Part shown: positions 1 through 10,209 of the stretch, piece after piece
Position numbering within the stretch: the first letter of the stretch is position 1
Layout: each line of letters begins with the position of its first letter
Origin: Bacilli bacterium
GTDB lineage: Bacteria; Bacillota_I; Bacilli_A; RF39; UBA660
NCBI GenBank assembly: GCA_045638445.1
Contig: JAZUBJ010000106.1
Location: 1-40,045, forward strand
DNA length: 40,045 bases
Reading direction: 5' to 3'
Position numbers and translations under genes: made by a program
Notes under the pieces: model-generated
What the model was told of the DNA's origin: nothing
What the model saw: only the letters and a program-made list of their open reading frames with translations
Database searches by the model: none

Positions 1-141
1 TAACACCGCTGAGTTTGATATTCAAATACAAATAACATATAGAGAGGAGTAACCCACATGAAGAAACTGGAGGCTAAAAAGGATTTTACTTTAGACGGAG
101 TTGATTATATAGTTGACGATGAAGTTAAAGTTACCGACATA
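1..141. repeat. Terminal direct repeat copy 1, identical to 39905-40045; indicates a circularly closed contig with a 39,904 bp unit length
   Basis: Read by eye: nt 1-141 match nt 39905-40045 base for base. The repeat spans the 3' end of the 143-aa ORF and the 5' part of the 61-aa ORF. Confidence 0.95.
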
Positions 142-243
142 GTAATAATAAGAAAACTAAATGAAAAAGGGTTTATAAAACCTCTTACTTACAGAGAATT
201 AGTTATTCTTGAAAGAGAATTAAATAATAAAGAGGAGGTATAA
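58..243 (+). CDS. Small hypothetical protein (61 aa) between the head-tail joining genes and the major tail protein
   Basis: ORF with upstream GAGGAG RBS, tightly packed before the tail tube gene. No recognisable motif. Confidence 0.5.
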   Translation: MKKLEAKKDFTLDGVDYIVDDEVKVTDIVIIRKLNEKGFIKPLTYRELVILERELNNKEEV

Positions 244-245
244 GA

Positions 246-716
246 ATGGAACAATTATATCGTGACCAGTTTGCTCACTTTATAAATACAACTCCTGATG
301 GAACTGAAAATTTTGTGCTTGAAGGAACTGGTGTTGAAAGTTTGGCACTTTCTTACAATCCACAAATTTCACAATTCAAAACTATCATAGCAAGAAGTGC
401 AGATGCAGTTTTTGATGGTTACCAAATTCAAAGTTCTGTTAGCGGTAAGAGAATTTATAAAGGTGACCCAATATATGAATTTCTAAACGAAGCTAGAAGA
501 AATGCTAAAGCAATTGAAACTCAATTATTAGAAGTTGAAATGGCAAATGCTAGTGAAGGAAATTACGAAGCAACTAAATTTAATGTATTAATAGTTATAA
601 CAGAATTTCTTGGAGATACTGCTTCAATCGGATATGATATATATATGCGTGGAAATCCTATAATTGGAACTTCAACAATTGCTGATGGTAAACCAACATT
701 CGTTGAAAAATTATAG
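246..716 (+). CDS. Major tail (tube) protein, siphovirus type
   Basis: 156 aa. It follows the head-tail joining genes and precedes the chaperone pair and tape measure. A strong terminator follows it, as is common for highly expressed tube genes. RBS is AGGAGG. Confidence 0.6.
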   Translation: MEQLYRDQFAHFINTTPDGTENFVLEGTGVESLALSYNPQISQFKTIIARSADAVFDGYQIQSSVSGKRIYKGDPIYEFLNEARRNAKAIETQLLEVEMANASEGNYEATKFNVLIVITEFLGDTASIGYDIYMRGNPIIGTSTIADGKPTFVEKL

Positions 717-724
717 TAAACCTT

Positions 725-760
725 AAAGGGGTTGAGGGGATAAACCCTCATCCCTTTTTA
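725..760 (+). terminator. Rho-independent terminator after the major tail protein gene
   Basis: Stem tgaggg/ccctca extended by ggg/ccc and A/T pairs, with one internal mismatch and a 6-nt loop, followed by a T run. Confidence 0.6.
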
Positions 761-921
761 TTTACAATGTAAAGCAAAATGACAACTACTCTACCCTACT
801 AGAAATGGCTCAAAAAAATTTTGGAGGTAGGTTAAACCCTTATTTTATGGGCATTTGTGTTGGAATAGGGGAGAGGTTGACAAATAGAAATGTAAAATAG
901 AAAGAGAGAGGAATATACACT

Positions 922-1401
922 ATGACAGATGTAATTCAATTAAAGAAAGATAGTATTTTAAGAATAGGAATTAAAGATGCAAATGGGGTTGACACAGGAG
1001 AACATTTGGAGTTTGATTTGGAGGACATTGAATTGCCTTTAAGATTAAATCAATGTGAAGCACAACACAGAAAGAACTTGGAATTTTTAAGAAATCAATT
1101 TGTGATAATTGATAAGAAAGAAGATAAAAAAGGAAAGTTTATTTTGTCTTGGAAAGAAGAAGAAAAGTTAAAAGTGTTGAGAGAATTTTATCAAAGAGAA
1201 ATGGATTCATTAGATTTGTTTTTAGGACAAGGTGGAACTAAAAAATTATTAAATGGAAGAAATCCATATTACTCTATGTATGAAGATATTAGCGAAATGT
1301 TAGAACCAATTTTGCCGAAGTTAAAATTAAGAGCAGATGATATTGCAAATAGAATAAAAGAAAAATATAGTAACAAAAAAGAAACCGATGTGTTGGAATA
1401 A
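922..1401 (+). CDS. Tail assembly chaperone (gpG-like)
   Basis: 159 aa acidic protein immediately upstream of the tape measure region. The downstream ORF lies in the -1 frame and there is an A-run slippery site near its 3' end. Confidence 0.55.
   Translation: MTDVIQLKKDSILRIGIKDANGVDTGEHLEFDLEDIELPLRLNQCEAQHRKNLEFLRNQFVIIDKKEDKKGKFILSWKEEEKLKVLREFYQREMDSLDLFLGQGGTKKLLNGRNPYYSMYEDISEMLEPILPKLKLRADDIANRIKEKYSNKKETDVLE
1375..1381 (+). promoter_or_regulatory. Candidate -1 programmed ribosomal frameshift site (AAAAAAG)
   Basis: The zero frame reads AAC AAA AAA GAA. The -1 frame has a stop at 1371-1373, is open from 1374, and runs into the 1401-1997 ORF. Confidence 0.35.
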
Positions 1402-1997
1402 TGGACTATCCAAAGTATGTAAAAATTGGCGAAAAGAACTATAAGATAAATACAGATTTTAGAGTTGCTATTGAATGTCAAGAAATTGCACTTGATGATA
1501 GTATAGGGGATTTTGAAAGGGCGTTGGCTATTATATATAAATTATTTGGTGATGATGGGCTTGATGATAGTAATAATTATGAAAAGTTATTAGAGTTAGC
1601 ACAAAAGTATTTATCTTGTGGAAAAGAAATTGATAGTAAAAAAAATGAAGAACCGGATATGGATTTTATTCAAGATATGGACTATATAGAAGCAAGTTTT
1701 ATGAGTGATTATAATATAGATTTACAAAATACCGAAATGCATTGGTGGAAATTTTATAACTTGATAAATGGATTATCTAATAGCGAGATGGGTAATTGTT
1801 GCGTGTTAAATAGAATTAGAAATTTAAGAACATTCGATACAAAAGATATTAAAGACCAAAAAGAACTTGCTAAAATTAATGAAGCAAAAAAACAAGTCGC
1901 TTTGAAGAAAAGAGAAGTTAAAAAAGAATTAACTTATGAACAAAAGAAAAACATAGATGACTTTTATGAGAAAATTGGAATAAATAGAAAGGAGTGA
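1401..1997 (+). CDS. Tail assembly chaperone T-like part / Gp15-like protein
   Basis: 198 aa. It lies in the -1 frame relative to 922-1401, with a TAATG overlap, directly upstream of the tape measure gene. Confidence 0.5.
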   Translation: MDYPKYVKIGEKNYKINTDFRVAIECQEIALDDSIGDFERALAIIYKLFGDDGLDDSNNYEKLLELAQKYLSCGKEIDSKKNEEPDMDFIQDMDYIEASFMSDYNIDLQNTEMHWWKFYNLINGLSNSEMGNCCVLNRIRNLRTFDTKDIKDQKELAKINEAKKQVALKKREVKKELTYEQKKNIDDFYEKIGINRKE

Positions 1998-2001
1998 TTT
2001 T

Positions 2002-3627
2002 ATGGATGGTTGGGTTTCGATAGGAACTGAATTAGATACAAAAAGTTTTGACGCACAAATTGATTATGTTAAAGGTCAACTTGATGAAATAGAATATAAA
2101 TTGAAACAAGCTGATATGGGATTTGATGTTGGCGATGCTCAAAAACTAGAAGCACAATATGAAAAGCTTACTAATCAATTAATAGAAATGAAAGATAAAC
2201 AAGATAAATTAAATCAAGGTGGAATAATAAAATTAAAAGATATAATGGATAGCATTAATAAATCAACAAGTAATGCCATTAAAAAAGTTGCAAAATGGGG
2301 ATTAGCCGTATTTGGTGTTCGTAGTGCTTATATGGCTATTAGAAATGCAATGAATGTTATATCTCAAAATGATGAACAACTAAAAGCAGATATTGAATAT
2401 ATGAAAAACATATTTGCTTACACATTAGAACCTATTGTTAGAAAAATAGTTGATTTAGCAAAGCAATTGATGTTTTATATTGGATATATTACTCAAATGT
2501 TAACAGGTAAAAACATATTTGAAAGTGCTGATAAAAGTTTAAAAAGTGCAAACAAAAATGCTAAAGACTTAAAAAAGACAATGGCTGGATTTGATGAAAT
2601 GAATGTGGCTAGTGGTGGTGGTTCTTCTTCTGGTGGTGTATCACCAAGTTTTAATTTAGGAGAATTAACTAATAAAGAAGATGTTACTACATTACAATTA
2701 ATAATTGCTGGTTTGGCTGGTATTGCAAGTGCATTATTATCAATAAAATTTGGATTAGATTTAATTGGTGCTTCAAGTGTATTTTTAATTGTAAGTGGAG
2801 CTGTGTTGTTGATTCAAAGTTTAATAGAATATTTCGGACAATTAGATACATCTCTTAAAGATAATGGAACTTCTTGGGATGGATTGGGAAAAATAATTGC
2901 TTCGGTTGGAATTATACTTGCTGGAATTGCTTTGGCGATTTCATCAGTTCCGGTAGCAATTGCGGCTGCAATAGTTTCAATACTTGCTTTATTAGGAACT
3001 GCATGGGAAAGCATAATAGGTTTATGGACTAAAGGAAGTAATTGGATAAATGATAGAATGAATTGGTTGAGTGAAAGAGGGAGTATAGTTTTAACAAGTA
3101 TATTGGCATTCGTTCACGATGCAATAGATGGAGCAATAGAAATATTTAATGGTTTGTTTAAAGGAGTAAAACAAGTTGTTGATGGTATTTTGTTATTGTT
3201 TAAAAAAGGCGAATTTAAAAATGGAATAGTAAGCATATTTAAAGGAATTGCAAATGCAATAATAGGCATAATCAATGCGATGGGTAGTGCTTTGAATGCG
3301 GTTATATCACCAGTAAGGGCATTAATAGTTGCTTATGGAAAAGTGACCGGAAAAGGTTGGACTATGGATAATATTAAAATACCTAAAATCCCATATCTTG
3401 CTCGTGGTGGTATCGTTAATAATCCCGGTAGAGGAGTTTTCATGGGTGGTTATGTTGCCGGTGAAAAAGGAGCAGAAGCAGTATTGCCTTTAACAGATGA
3501 TACTTTACAAAGATTAGCAAGTATGATACCAATTACAGTTAATCTAACAAACACAATGAACGGTAGAGTAATAAGTAGGGAATTGCAAAAAGTGAATAGT
3601 AGTAGCGATTTTGCATTTAATAGATAG
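2002..3627 (+). CDS. Tape measure protein
   Basis: 541 aa. N-terminal coiled coil, Gly/Ser linker (SGGGSSSGGVSP) and several long hydrophobic segments. Canonical position after the chaperone pair. Confidence 0.8.
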   Translation: MDGWVSIGTELDTKSFDAQIDYVKGQLDEIEYKLKQADMGFDVGDAQKLEAQYEKLTNQLIEMKDKQDKLNQGGIIKLKDIMDSINKSTSNAIKKVAKWGLAVFGVRSAYMAIRNAMNVISQNDEQLKADIEYMKNIFAYTLEPIVRKIVDLAKQLMFYIGYITQMLTGKNIFESADKSLKSANKNAKDLKKTMAGFDEMNVASGGGSSSGGVSPSFNLGELTNKEDVTTLQLIIAGLAGIASALLSIKFGLDLIGASSVFLIVSGAVLLIQSLIEYFGQLDTSLKDNGTSWDGLGKIIASVGIILAGIALAISSVPVAIAAAIVSILALLGTAWESIIGLWTKGSNWINDRMNWLSERGSIVLTSILAFVHDAIDGAIEIFNGLFKGVKQVVDGILLLFKKGEFKNGIVSIFKGIANAIIGIINAMGSALNAVISPVRALIVAYGKVTGKGWTMDNIKIPKIPYLARGGIVNNPGRGVFMGGYVAGEKGAEAVLPLTDDTLQRLASMIPITVNLTNTMNGRVISRELQKVNSSSDFAFNR

Positions 3628-3629
3628 GA

Positions 3630-3639
3630 GTGGTATAAT
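3630..3639 (+). promoter_or_regulatory. GTGGTATAAT motif copy 1 (extended -10 type promoter element)
   Basis: Exact 10-mer located 3 nt after the tape measure stop codon. One of five identical copies in the genome. Confidence 0.4.
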
Positions 3640-4012
3640 GTTTATAGATAAAGATAGTGTAATAATTGAAGGAATATCTATGGGACAATATTGTGTTGAT
3701 GCCAAATTTGGTTATCATAAAATTTGGGGACCAGACTCCGGCAGAAACATGAAAGGCTCAAATTCTGGAACATTGCTTGGAATATTTCCGAAAATAACTT
3801 TACAATTTAAACCAAATTTAACTCAAGATGAATTATTTATAATTGCTCCTATATTAAATAAAGCAAGACAAGAAACAAAATACCATGATCCAGAATATAA
3901 AAAGAAAGTTACACTTTCAACATATACTGGAGATTGGGAATTGGTATATAGAAATTTAGAAAAAAATGAAGGTTTTAGTTGTGCATTTATAAGCAATGAT
4001 GCAAGGGAGTGA
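3638..4012 (+). CDS. Putative distal tail protein (small Dit-like)
   Basis: First gene after the tape measure. I prefer the ATG at 3638 (RBS TAGGAGTGG) over the TTG at 3611 used in the track. Confidence 0.45.
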   Translation: MFIDKDSVIIEGISMGQYCVDAKFGYHKIWGPDSGRNMKGSNSGTLLGIFPKITLQFKPNLTQDELFIIAPILNKARQETKYHDPEYKKKVTLSTYTGDWELVYRNLEKNEGFSCAFISNDARE

Positions 4013-4016
4013 TTAA

Positions 4017-7000
4017 GTGAAAACTCATACAAGTAATTTTAAAGAAGAAATAAGTAAATTTGGAAGGCAAATTGATAGTAGAATCACATTCGGAGATACA
4101 GTATTGGGGAAAAATGACCTCAATGCTGTCGCTCCATCATATCAAGGGGCGATACTAAAATCAGTAATGAAACAACTTGATATTGATAGTAATGTTGCGA
4201 TACCGATAGGAACTAATTTGAAGTATGAATTTGGCTTGAAAGTTAATGGAGAGTATGAATATATTAACTATGGTAATTACGTTGTTTATAGCATAGAAAA
4301 ACAAGAAGATACGAATAGTTATAAAATAACTTGTTATGATAAGTTATTATATTCAATGTTAGACTATGCAAAATTGCCTATTACCTACCCTATTTCAATT
4401 CGTGATTATATTAATGCAATAAGTACAGCACTAGGTTTAAAATTTGCTAATAAGAGTGGCACATTTGCCAATTATAACAAACAAATACAAGCAGATTTAT
4501 ATGATGGGTTAGGTTATACATTCAGAGATGTTCTAGATGAATTGGCACAAGTAACTGCTAGTACAATTTGTTTAAATAATAATGATGAATTAGAAATAAG
4601 ATATATAACTGAAACTGGCGATACAATTGATGAAGAATATTTAAAAGATGTTAATGTTAATTTTGGTGAAAAATTTGGTAAAGTAAATACAATAGTTTTA
4701 AGTAGAAGCGGTGATAGTGATAGTGTTTACTATCCATCAGTATTACCAGCAAATCCTTATGAAATAAAAATAAGTGATAACCAAATAATGAATGGCAATG
4801 ATAGAGCAGATTTCTTGCCAGATATTTATAATAAATTAAATGGGTTAGAGTTCTATACAAATGATTTTGTATCAACTGGTATTATTTATTATGATTTATG
4901 CGATAGATATTCTGTTAAAGTTGGAGATAATACTTATTCTTGTGTTATGTTTAATGACGAAGTTTTAGTTACACAAGGTTTGGAAGAAAATATTTATACT
5001 GAACTGCCAGAACAAACTGAAACTGATTATAAACACGCAAGTAAAGATGACAGGATGATTAATCAAGTTTATATTATTGCTAAAAAAAATGAAGCTGAAA
5101 TATTGGCGGTAGTTAAAACAACCGAAACTATACAAAAAGAAATAAACCCAACAAAAGATGAAAGTGGTTCGACAATAACAATTGAAGATGCTTCAGATAA
5201 TCCGTTAACTTATTTAGAAATAGAGGGTAAAAGCGAACAAGACACAAGTAATCAAAGTGCTAATTTGTTTGATGAAGAATATTACAACAATGACTCCATT
5301 TATACGTCAGGCACATATAAATACACTAAGGCTAAGTTTAAAGGAAATCGCCCGTTATATTTTAGAGCCACAATAAAAGAGGGAAAAACTTCCCAAACTG
5401 GAGCTTATATAGCAATAAGCGAAAGTGCCGGAACACCATATCCCACTGGCACAATAACAGCTTACGCTGTAAATAATGGCGCATTAATTAAAGGATACGC
5501 AGACTTCACAGGTGTTGAAGATATTTATATCAATGTATATCCAAATAATTTAAAAGTGGCAACAATATTTGATAACTATAATTTATGGGTGTCTACTGAT
5601 GATATTGAATATGTACCTTTTGTCCCAGACAGCCCAAGTCCTGATTATCCTAGTGAAATTAAAAGTGTAGGATATGAGAATTTATTAGATTATACAACAG
5701 TGCAAAATACTTCAAATACCACAACTACATTAATAGATAACGGTTTTAAAGTTACAGGTTTATATGCAGGTAAAGTTTTTATTGATAATTTAAAACCAAA
5801 TACTAATTATTATTTACAATATATTACCGAAAGTATAATAGGAAACTTTAAACAAGTTTTTGTATTCCCCGCAAGTAGTACATCAACAATTATTAAATCA
5901 ATTACCAATGGAACTGGTGATACATTTAATACTGGTGAACATACAAGTATTCAAATTTGGTTTTATTGTGAATTAGGGAACACAAATGCAGAAACAAATT
6001 TTACTAATATAATGTTATCGGAAAAAAAACATAACTATATACCATATGGTAAATATGGAATTGAAGTTGAAACAATTGGAAGAAACATTTGGGACGAACA
6101 ATGGGAAGTAGGATTATATAGTCAAGTTAATGGAACTAAAGTATCTGGCTCAAATAGAATAAGGTCTAAAAATATATTTCCTATACCAAATGGAGTAACA
6201 CTTTATAATAAACTAGCAACAAACTATTTTAATGCAATATTTTATGATAAAGATAAAAATTTTATAAAAGGTCAAAGTATGAATAAAGATGCCGAATTTG
6301 TGCCACCTGCAAATGCTTATTATATGGCATTTTATACTGATACAAGTTATGGTGCAGTATACAACAATGATATATGTATAAATGTAAGCGATGATAAAAA
6401 TGGAGAATATTCGCCATATCAAGAAAGAATATCAACAATAATATTAGATGAGCCATTAAGAAGTCTACCAAATGGAGTTAAAGATATAGCATATATTAGA
6501 AATAATAAGTTATATGTTGATAGATACATCAGCATTAAAGTTTTAAATGGTAGTGAGGATTGGGGTATATATTATGCAGGTACTCATGATGGTATATATA
6601 CTTACCATACAGAAATGCAAGACTCTAAAATTGGATTAAAAACATCAATTTGTTCACATTTTACTAATGTTGGGTATGCTTGGGACCTGGGTGAAATAGG
6701 GACTTATTCAGACCATCCGATAACACAATATAAATATTTTTTAACTGATAAAGCAACAGTAGATGAATTTAAAACTTGGCTATCAACTCATAATATACAA
6801 GTAGATTACGAATTAGCAGAACCATACACTGAAGAACTTGGTGAAATAGAAATATTAAAAACATTAAAAGGATATAATAATATTTTAACAACAGATGAAT
6901 TGCTTCCTATAATAAATTTAACTTATGTTAGAGATACAGTTATTGCTGACTATGTAGAAAATCACGTTACAGAATTAAAACTCACAGAAAACGAAATTAA

Positions 7001-7427
7001 GGCTAGTGTAGAAAGTGTTAATAGTTCGGTTGATGGTTTAAATACAACTATAAATCGTGTTGAGGAAATAACAAATGATAATTCACAAGTTATTAATGTA
7101 ATATCAACTAATATTGATAAAACTTCTGGTGAAGTTAGAGAAGTAACTACAACAACAGGATTTACATTTAATGCTGATGGGATGACTATTGATGATGGTA
7201 GTGGATTTAAAGCACAACATAGAGCAAATGGCACTTATTATAAAGATGGTGAATCTATTACAGGACAATATACCAAAGATGGTTCAAAACAAAAAGATTT
7301 AGAATTATTTGGTACATATAGTTATGGAAAAGAAACAATAGACGATACACCGATGTTTATAGGTCAATTATATAATGATGAAAATGGAGAAGAATGTTTT
7401 GGACATTTCTATAATGGGGAGGGATAA
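4017..7427 (+). CDS. Large tail-associated / host-specificity protein (Tal-like N-terminus plus repeated receptor-binding type modules)
   Basis: 1136 aa, GTG start with GGGAG RBS, second gene after the tape measure. Internal modules begin with P-x-P-x-x-P-x-E-I-K-S-V-G-like linkers and are paralogous to ORF 10210-11340. Confidence 0.7.
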   Translation: MKTHTSNFKEEISKFGRQIDSRITFGDTVLGKNDLNAVAPSYQGAILKSVMKQLDIDSNVAIPIGTNLKYEFGLKVNGEYEYINYGNYVVYSIEKQEDTNSYKITCYDKLLYSMLDYAKLPITYPISIRDYINAISTALGLKFANKSGTFANYNKQIQADLYDGLGYTFRDVLDELAQVTASTICLNNNDELEIRYITETGDTIDEEYLKDVNVNFGEKFGKVNTIVLSRSGDSDSVYYPSVLPANPYEIKISDNQIMNGNDRADFLPDIYNKLNGLEFYTNDFVSTGIIYYDLCDRYSVKVGDNTYSCVMFNDEVLVTQGLEENIYTELPEQTETDYKHASKDDRMINQVYIIAKKNEAEILAVVKTTETIQKEINPTKDESGSTITIEDASDNPLTYLEIEGKSEQDTSNQSANLFDEEYYNNDSIYTSGTYKYTKAKFKGNRPLYFRATIKEGKTSQTGAYIAISESAGTPYPTGTITAYAVNNGALIKGYADFTGVEDIYINVYPNNLKVATIFDNYNLWVSTDDIEYVPFVPDSPSPDYPSEIKSVGYENLLDYTTVQNTSNTTTTLIDNGFKVTGLYAGKVFIDNLKPNTNYYLQYITESIIGNFKQVFVFPASSTSTIIKSITNGTGDTFNTGEHTSIQIWFYCELGNTNAETNFTNIMLSEKKHNYIPYGKYGIEVETIGRNIWDEQWEVGLYSQVNGTKVSGSNRIRSKNIFPIPNGVTLYNKLATNYFNAIFYDKDKNFIKGQSMNKDAEFVPPANAYYMAFYTDTSYGAVYNNDICINVSDDKNGEYSPYQERISTIILDEPLRSLPNGVKDIAYIRNNKLYVDRYISIKVLNGSEDWGIYYAGTHDGIYTYHTEMQDSKIGLKTSICSHFTNVGYAWDLGEIGTYSDHPITQYKYFLTDKATVDEFKTWLSTHNIQVDYELAEPYTEELGEIEILKTLKGYNNILTTDELLPIINLTYVRDTVIADYVENHVTELKLTENEIKASVESVNSSVDGLNTTINRVEEITNDNSQVINVISTNIDKTSGEVREVTTTTGFTFNADGMTIDDGSGFKAQHRANGTYYKDGESITGQYTKDGSKQKDLELFGTYSYGKETIDDTPMFIGQLYNDENGEECFGHFYNGEG

Positions 7428-7429
7428 AA

Positions 7430-8902
7430 ATGGAAACAATAAATGGTAATACAAATAATAGTCAATGGACTTTTAAATTAGAGGCAACAGAAACAGCATA
7501 TAGTTTAGCAAACAAAACATCAACGGTTAAAGTGCAAGTTTATCTTGGTAGAGCAAGTTCGCAAAGTTATTTAGGTGGAAATTATAATTTATCAGTAAAA
7601 TGTGCAGAACAAACACAAAATCAAAATGGTAATATACCATATCCAACATATATAAATGCTGGTGCATGGTTATTACTAAAAACATTTACATTTACAGTTT
7701 CAAATACTCAAAATCCTACAACAATATCAATATCTTCTTCAATGTCTAGTAGTGATTTTACTCCGTCAAGTGCAAATGCTAGTGGCAATTTAACTTTGAC
7801 TAAACTACATGACGCTCCATTATTAACAGATATAATATTTGAAGAAAAAAATCAACAATTAATTAATATAGGTGTTGGCGATGATTATTTTGTTACAAAT
7901 TTAAGTATCAAAAATCTTGAAATCGAGGCAACTACATCTGATAATGCCACTATAACAAAATACGAAGTTTTAAATGGTGATAAAATTTATGAATCAACAA
8001 CAAATGTAGTTTCAATGAATTTAAAAAATAACATTTTAGAAACTATTTACGATAATAATTTAAAAAGAGAAGTTGCTCAATTAACTATTAGACTAACAGA
8101 TAATTTGGGTGGTGTCTCAGAATTTGCATATCCATATAATTATGTTATTCCATATACAAAACCCGCTGTAGAAGCAACTTCTACAACAATAAAAAGAAAG
8201 ACAGGCAACGGAACAGTATTAACTGATAATAAAGCCTTATTAAATTTTGTTGGAACTTGTTACAAAGGAAATGATGTTGTTGGTAATAACAACAAGCCAA
8301 AAGTTGAATATAAAATTTGGAACACAACAGAGCCAAATTATTCCACATTGACAACTCCAAATAGTGCAAATGTTACTATAAAAAATTATGAAATTAGCAA
8401 TATATTATACACTAGCACTTACAATTATAAAATAAAAATAACTGATACATTTACAACAACCGAAACTACAATAAATGTAAAAACAGATAAAGTACCTACT
8501 GGCGTTTCTGTTTGGACTGAGTATAAAGATAGAGTGGATTTTATCAGAGCCACTATCGGTGGAAGTGACATAATAGAAAGTGGTAACGGATATATAAAAT
8601 ATTATGATGGAACAATGTTTTGTTTTGGTGAAAAAACAACAGAAGTATTATCATGGTTTCAAGATGGAATAATATACTTAAGCAGAAATCATACATTACC
8701 AAATTTTGCAAAAAGTTTTGTAAACAAACCTTTTGTTTTTAGAAACATTGAATATATGAATATTACAGGAAGAGATATTTGGCTTACTGGAACTGTTGCA
8801 CCTACAAAAGACAATCCCGGGAATTTCAATTTAGCTACTTATTGGAATGCAACAGACACAACCTGTACAATATCATATTTTGCAATAGGAAGATGGAAAT
8901 AG
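7430..8902 (+). CDS. Tail/baseplate structural protein
   Basis: 490 aa, Asn/Thr-rich and beta-rich composition, located in the tail-tip gene block. Confidence 0.5.
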   Translation: METINGNTNNSQWTFKLEATETAYSLANKTSTVKVQVYLGRASSQSYLGGNYNLSVKCAEQTQNQNGNIPYPTYINAGAWLLLKTFTFTVSNTQNPTTISISSSMSSSDFTPSSANASGNLTLTKLHDAPLLTDIIFEEKNQQLINIGVGDDYFVTNLSIKNLEIEATTSDNATITKYEVLNGDKIYESTTNVVSMNLKNNILETIYDNNLKREVAQLTIRLTDNLGGVSEFAYPYNYVIPYTKPAVEATSTTIKRKTGNGTVLTDNKALLNFVGTCYKGNDVVGNNNKPKVEYKIWNTTEPNYSTLTTPNSANVTIKNYEISNILYTSTYNYKIKITDTFTTTETTINVKTDKVPTGVSVWTEYKDRVDFIRATIGGSDIIESGNGYIKYYDGTMFCFGEKTTEVLSWFQDGIIYLSRNHTLPNFAKSFVNKPFVFRNIEYMNITGRDIWLTGTVAPTKDNPGNFNLATYWNATDTTCTISYFAIGRWK

Positions 8903-8920
8903 GCTTTTGCCTATTTTTTC
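8897..8920 (+). terminator. Rho-independent terminator
   Basis: aaataggc-tttt-gcctattt hairpin overlapping the stop codon, followed by a T run. Confidence 0.6.
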
Positions 8921-8935
8921 TTTAAGTGGTATAAT
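8907..8935 (+). promoter_or_regulatory. Promoter (TTGCCT -35, TGgTATAAT extended -10); GTGGTATAAT copy 2
   Basis: The -35-like hexamer sits inside the terminator hairpin, with a 17-nt spacer to TATAAT at 8930-8935. Confidence 0.5.
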
Positions 8936-8960
8936 TATAAATAGAAAGGATGATTGATTG

Positions 8961-10208
8961 ATGAAAAATTTATATGTAAATGTTTCAAGAGAAACAAGAA
9001 TGGTAAACTTACCAAAACAATTTATAGCAGTAGATGGCGAGAATCTACAAAGTAAGCTTATTTTTACCTTTATTGATGAGTTTGTAAATGGTCAAGCAAG
9101 ACTAGAATATGAAATAAATGGTAGTAAAAATTATATATTATTAGATAAAGAAAATGATACTTACACAATACCAGTAAAAAATGTTATGACTAGACAAGGA
9201 CAAATTGATATGCAAATTGTTATAACTGAGGGAACTGACGAAGAAGAAATACCAGTATTTAAAAGTAATAAATTCTATTTATATTGCAATTCTTCTATAA
9301 ATGCAGTAGAAGAAGCTCCAGATGGTTATGAATTATGGATAGAACAAGCAAATGTTAAATTAAATCAAATGGATAATATTGATATAGATATTAAGAGTGA
9401 TGACGAAAATGTATTTGTTGAAATAACCAGAAAAGACGGAACAACAAAAACAGCGGTTGTTAGTGGCGGTGGCGGTGGCACAGGTGCATCAACGTACGCT
9501 GAATTACCTGATAAACCTAAAATTAATAATGTTACATTGAATGGTAATAAAACATTAGATGATTTGGGAATTCAACCCAAAGGTGATTATTTAAAATCAG
9601 AAAGTGATCCAACAGTTCCGTTGCATGTAAAAAACATAACACAAGAAAATATTTCTAATTGGAACAATAAAAGTGATTTTAGTGGTTCATTTAATGATTT
9701 AAAAGATATACCAACAAATATTGCTAAGACTAACGAAAATAATAATTTTAGTACAGGTCAAACAATAAATGGCACTTTAACTATTAATGGTGATATAGTT
9801 CAAAATGGTGAAAGTTATGAAACACACGCAGAACAAGTATATACTGAAAAAGATGAAATAATCACTAGAGCTGGTGCTGTTGGTGGATTATCTCAAAACC
9901 AATTAACAGGTATTAGAGCAAAAAAATATGACGGTGCAAATGATGGACAATTAGGTTTTGATAATACTGGTACTGCAAGAGTGGGAGATGAAAATGATAC
10001 TCAACCATTATTAACAAGAGATGAAGCAGAAAATTTAACTGATGGGCAAGTTTTAATTTGGGATGCAAATAATCTAAAAGCAAAAGGCAGTAGTGATTAT
10101 GTAAAAAATAATCAAGTTGCTAGTCAAACAAAATTAGGACTTGTTAAAGTGTGGACTTCTGTAAATGAAGATGGAGATGTAGGCTTAAACATTTCAACGG
10201 AGGTTTAG
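8961..10208 (+). CDS. Tail fibre protein
   Basis: About 415 aa with a poly-Gly hinge (SGGGGGTG) and an Asn/Thr-rich beta-rich C-terminal half. The ATG at 8961 is preferred over the TTG at 8958. Confidence 0.55.
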   Translation: MKNLYVNVSRETRMVNLPKQFIAVDGENLQSKLIFTFIDEFVNGQARLEYEINGSKNYILLDKENDTYTIPVKNVMTRQGQIDMQIVITEGTDEEEIPVFKSNKFYLYCNSSINAVEEAPDGYELWIEQANVKLNQMDNIDIDIKSDDENVFVEITRKDGTTKTAVVSGGGGGTGASTYAELPDKPKINNVTLNGNKTLDDLGIQPKGDYLKSESDPTVPLHVKNITQENISNWNNKSDFSGSFNDLKDIPTNIAKTNENNNFSTGQTINGTLTINGDIVQNGESYETHAEQVYTEKDEIITRAGAVGGLSQNQLTGIRAKKYDGANDGQLGFDNTGTARVGDENDTQPLLTRDEAENLTDGQVLIWDANNLKAKGSSDYVKNNQVASQTKLGLVKVWTSVNEDGDVGLNISTEV

Positions 10209-10209
10209 T

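Noticed and set aside
761-921. 160-nt gap after the major tail protein gene containing a 31-codon ORF (MAQKNFGG...) and a TTGACA hexamer
   Set aside because: The ORF has no RBS and the TTGACA has no acceptable -10 at 16-18 nt. I cannot support a gene or a promoter here, and the region remains unexplained.
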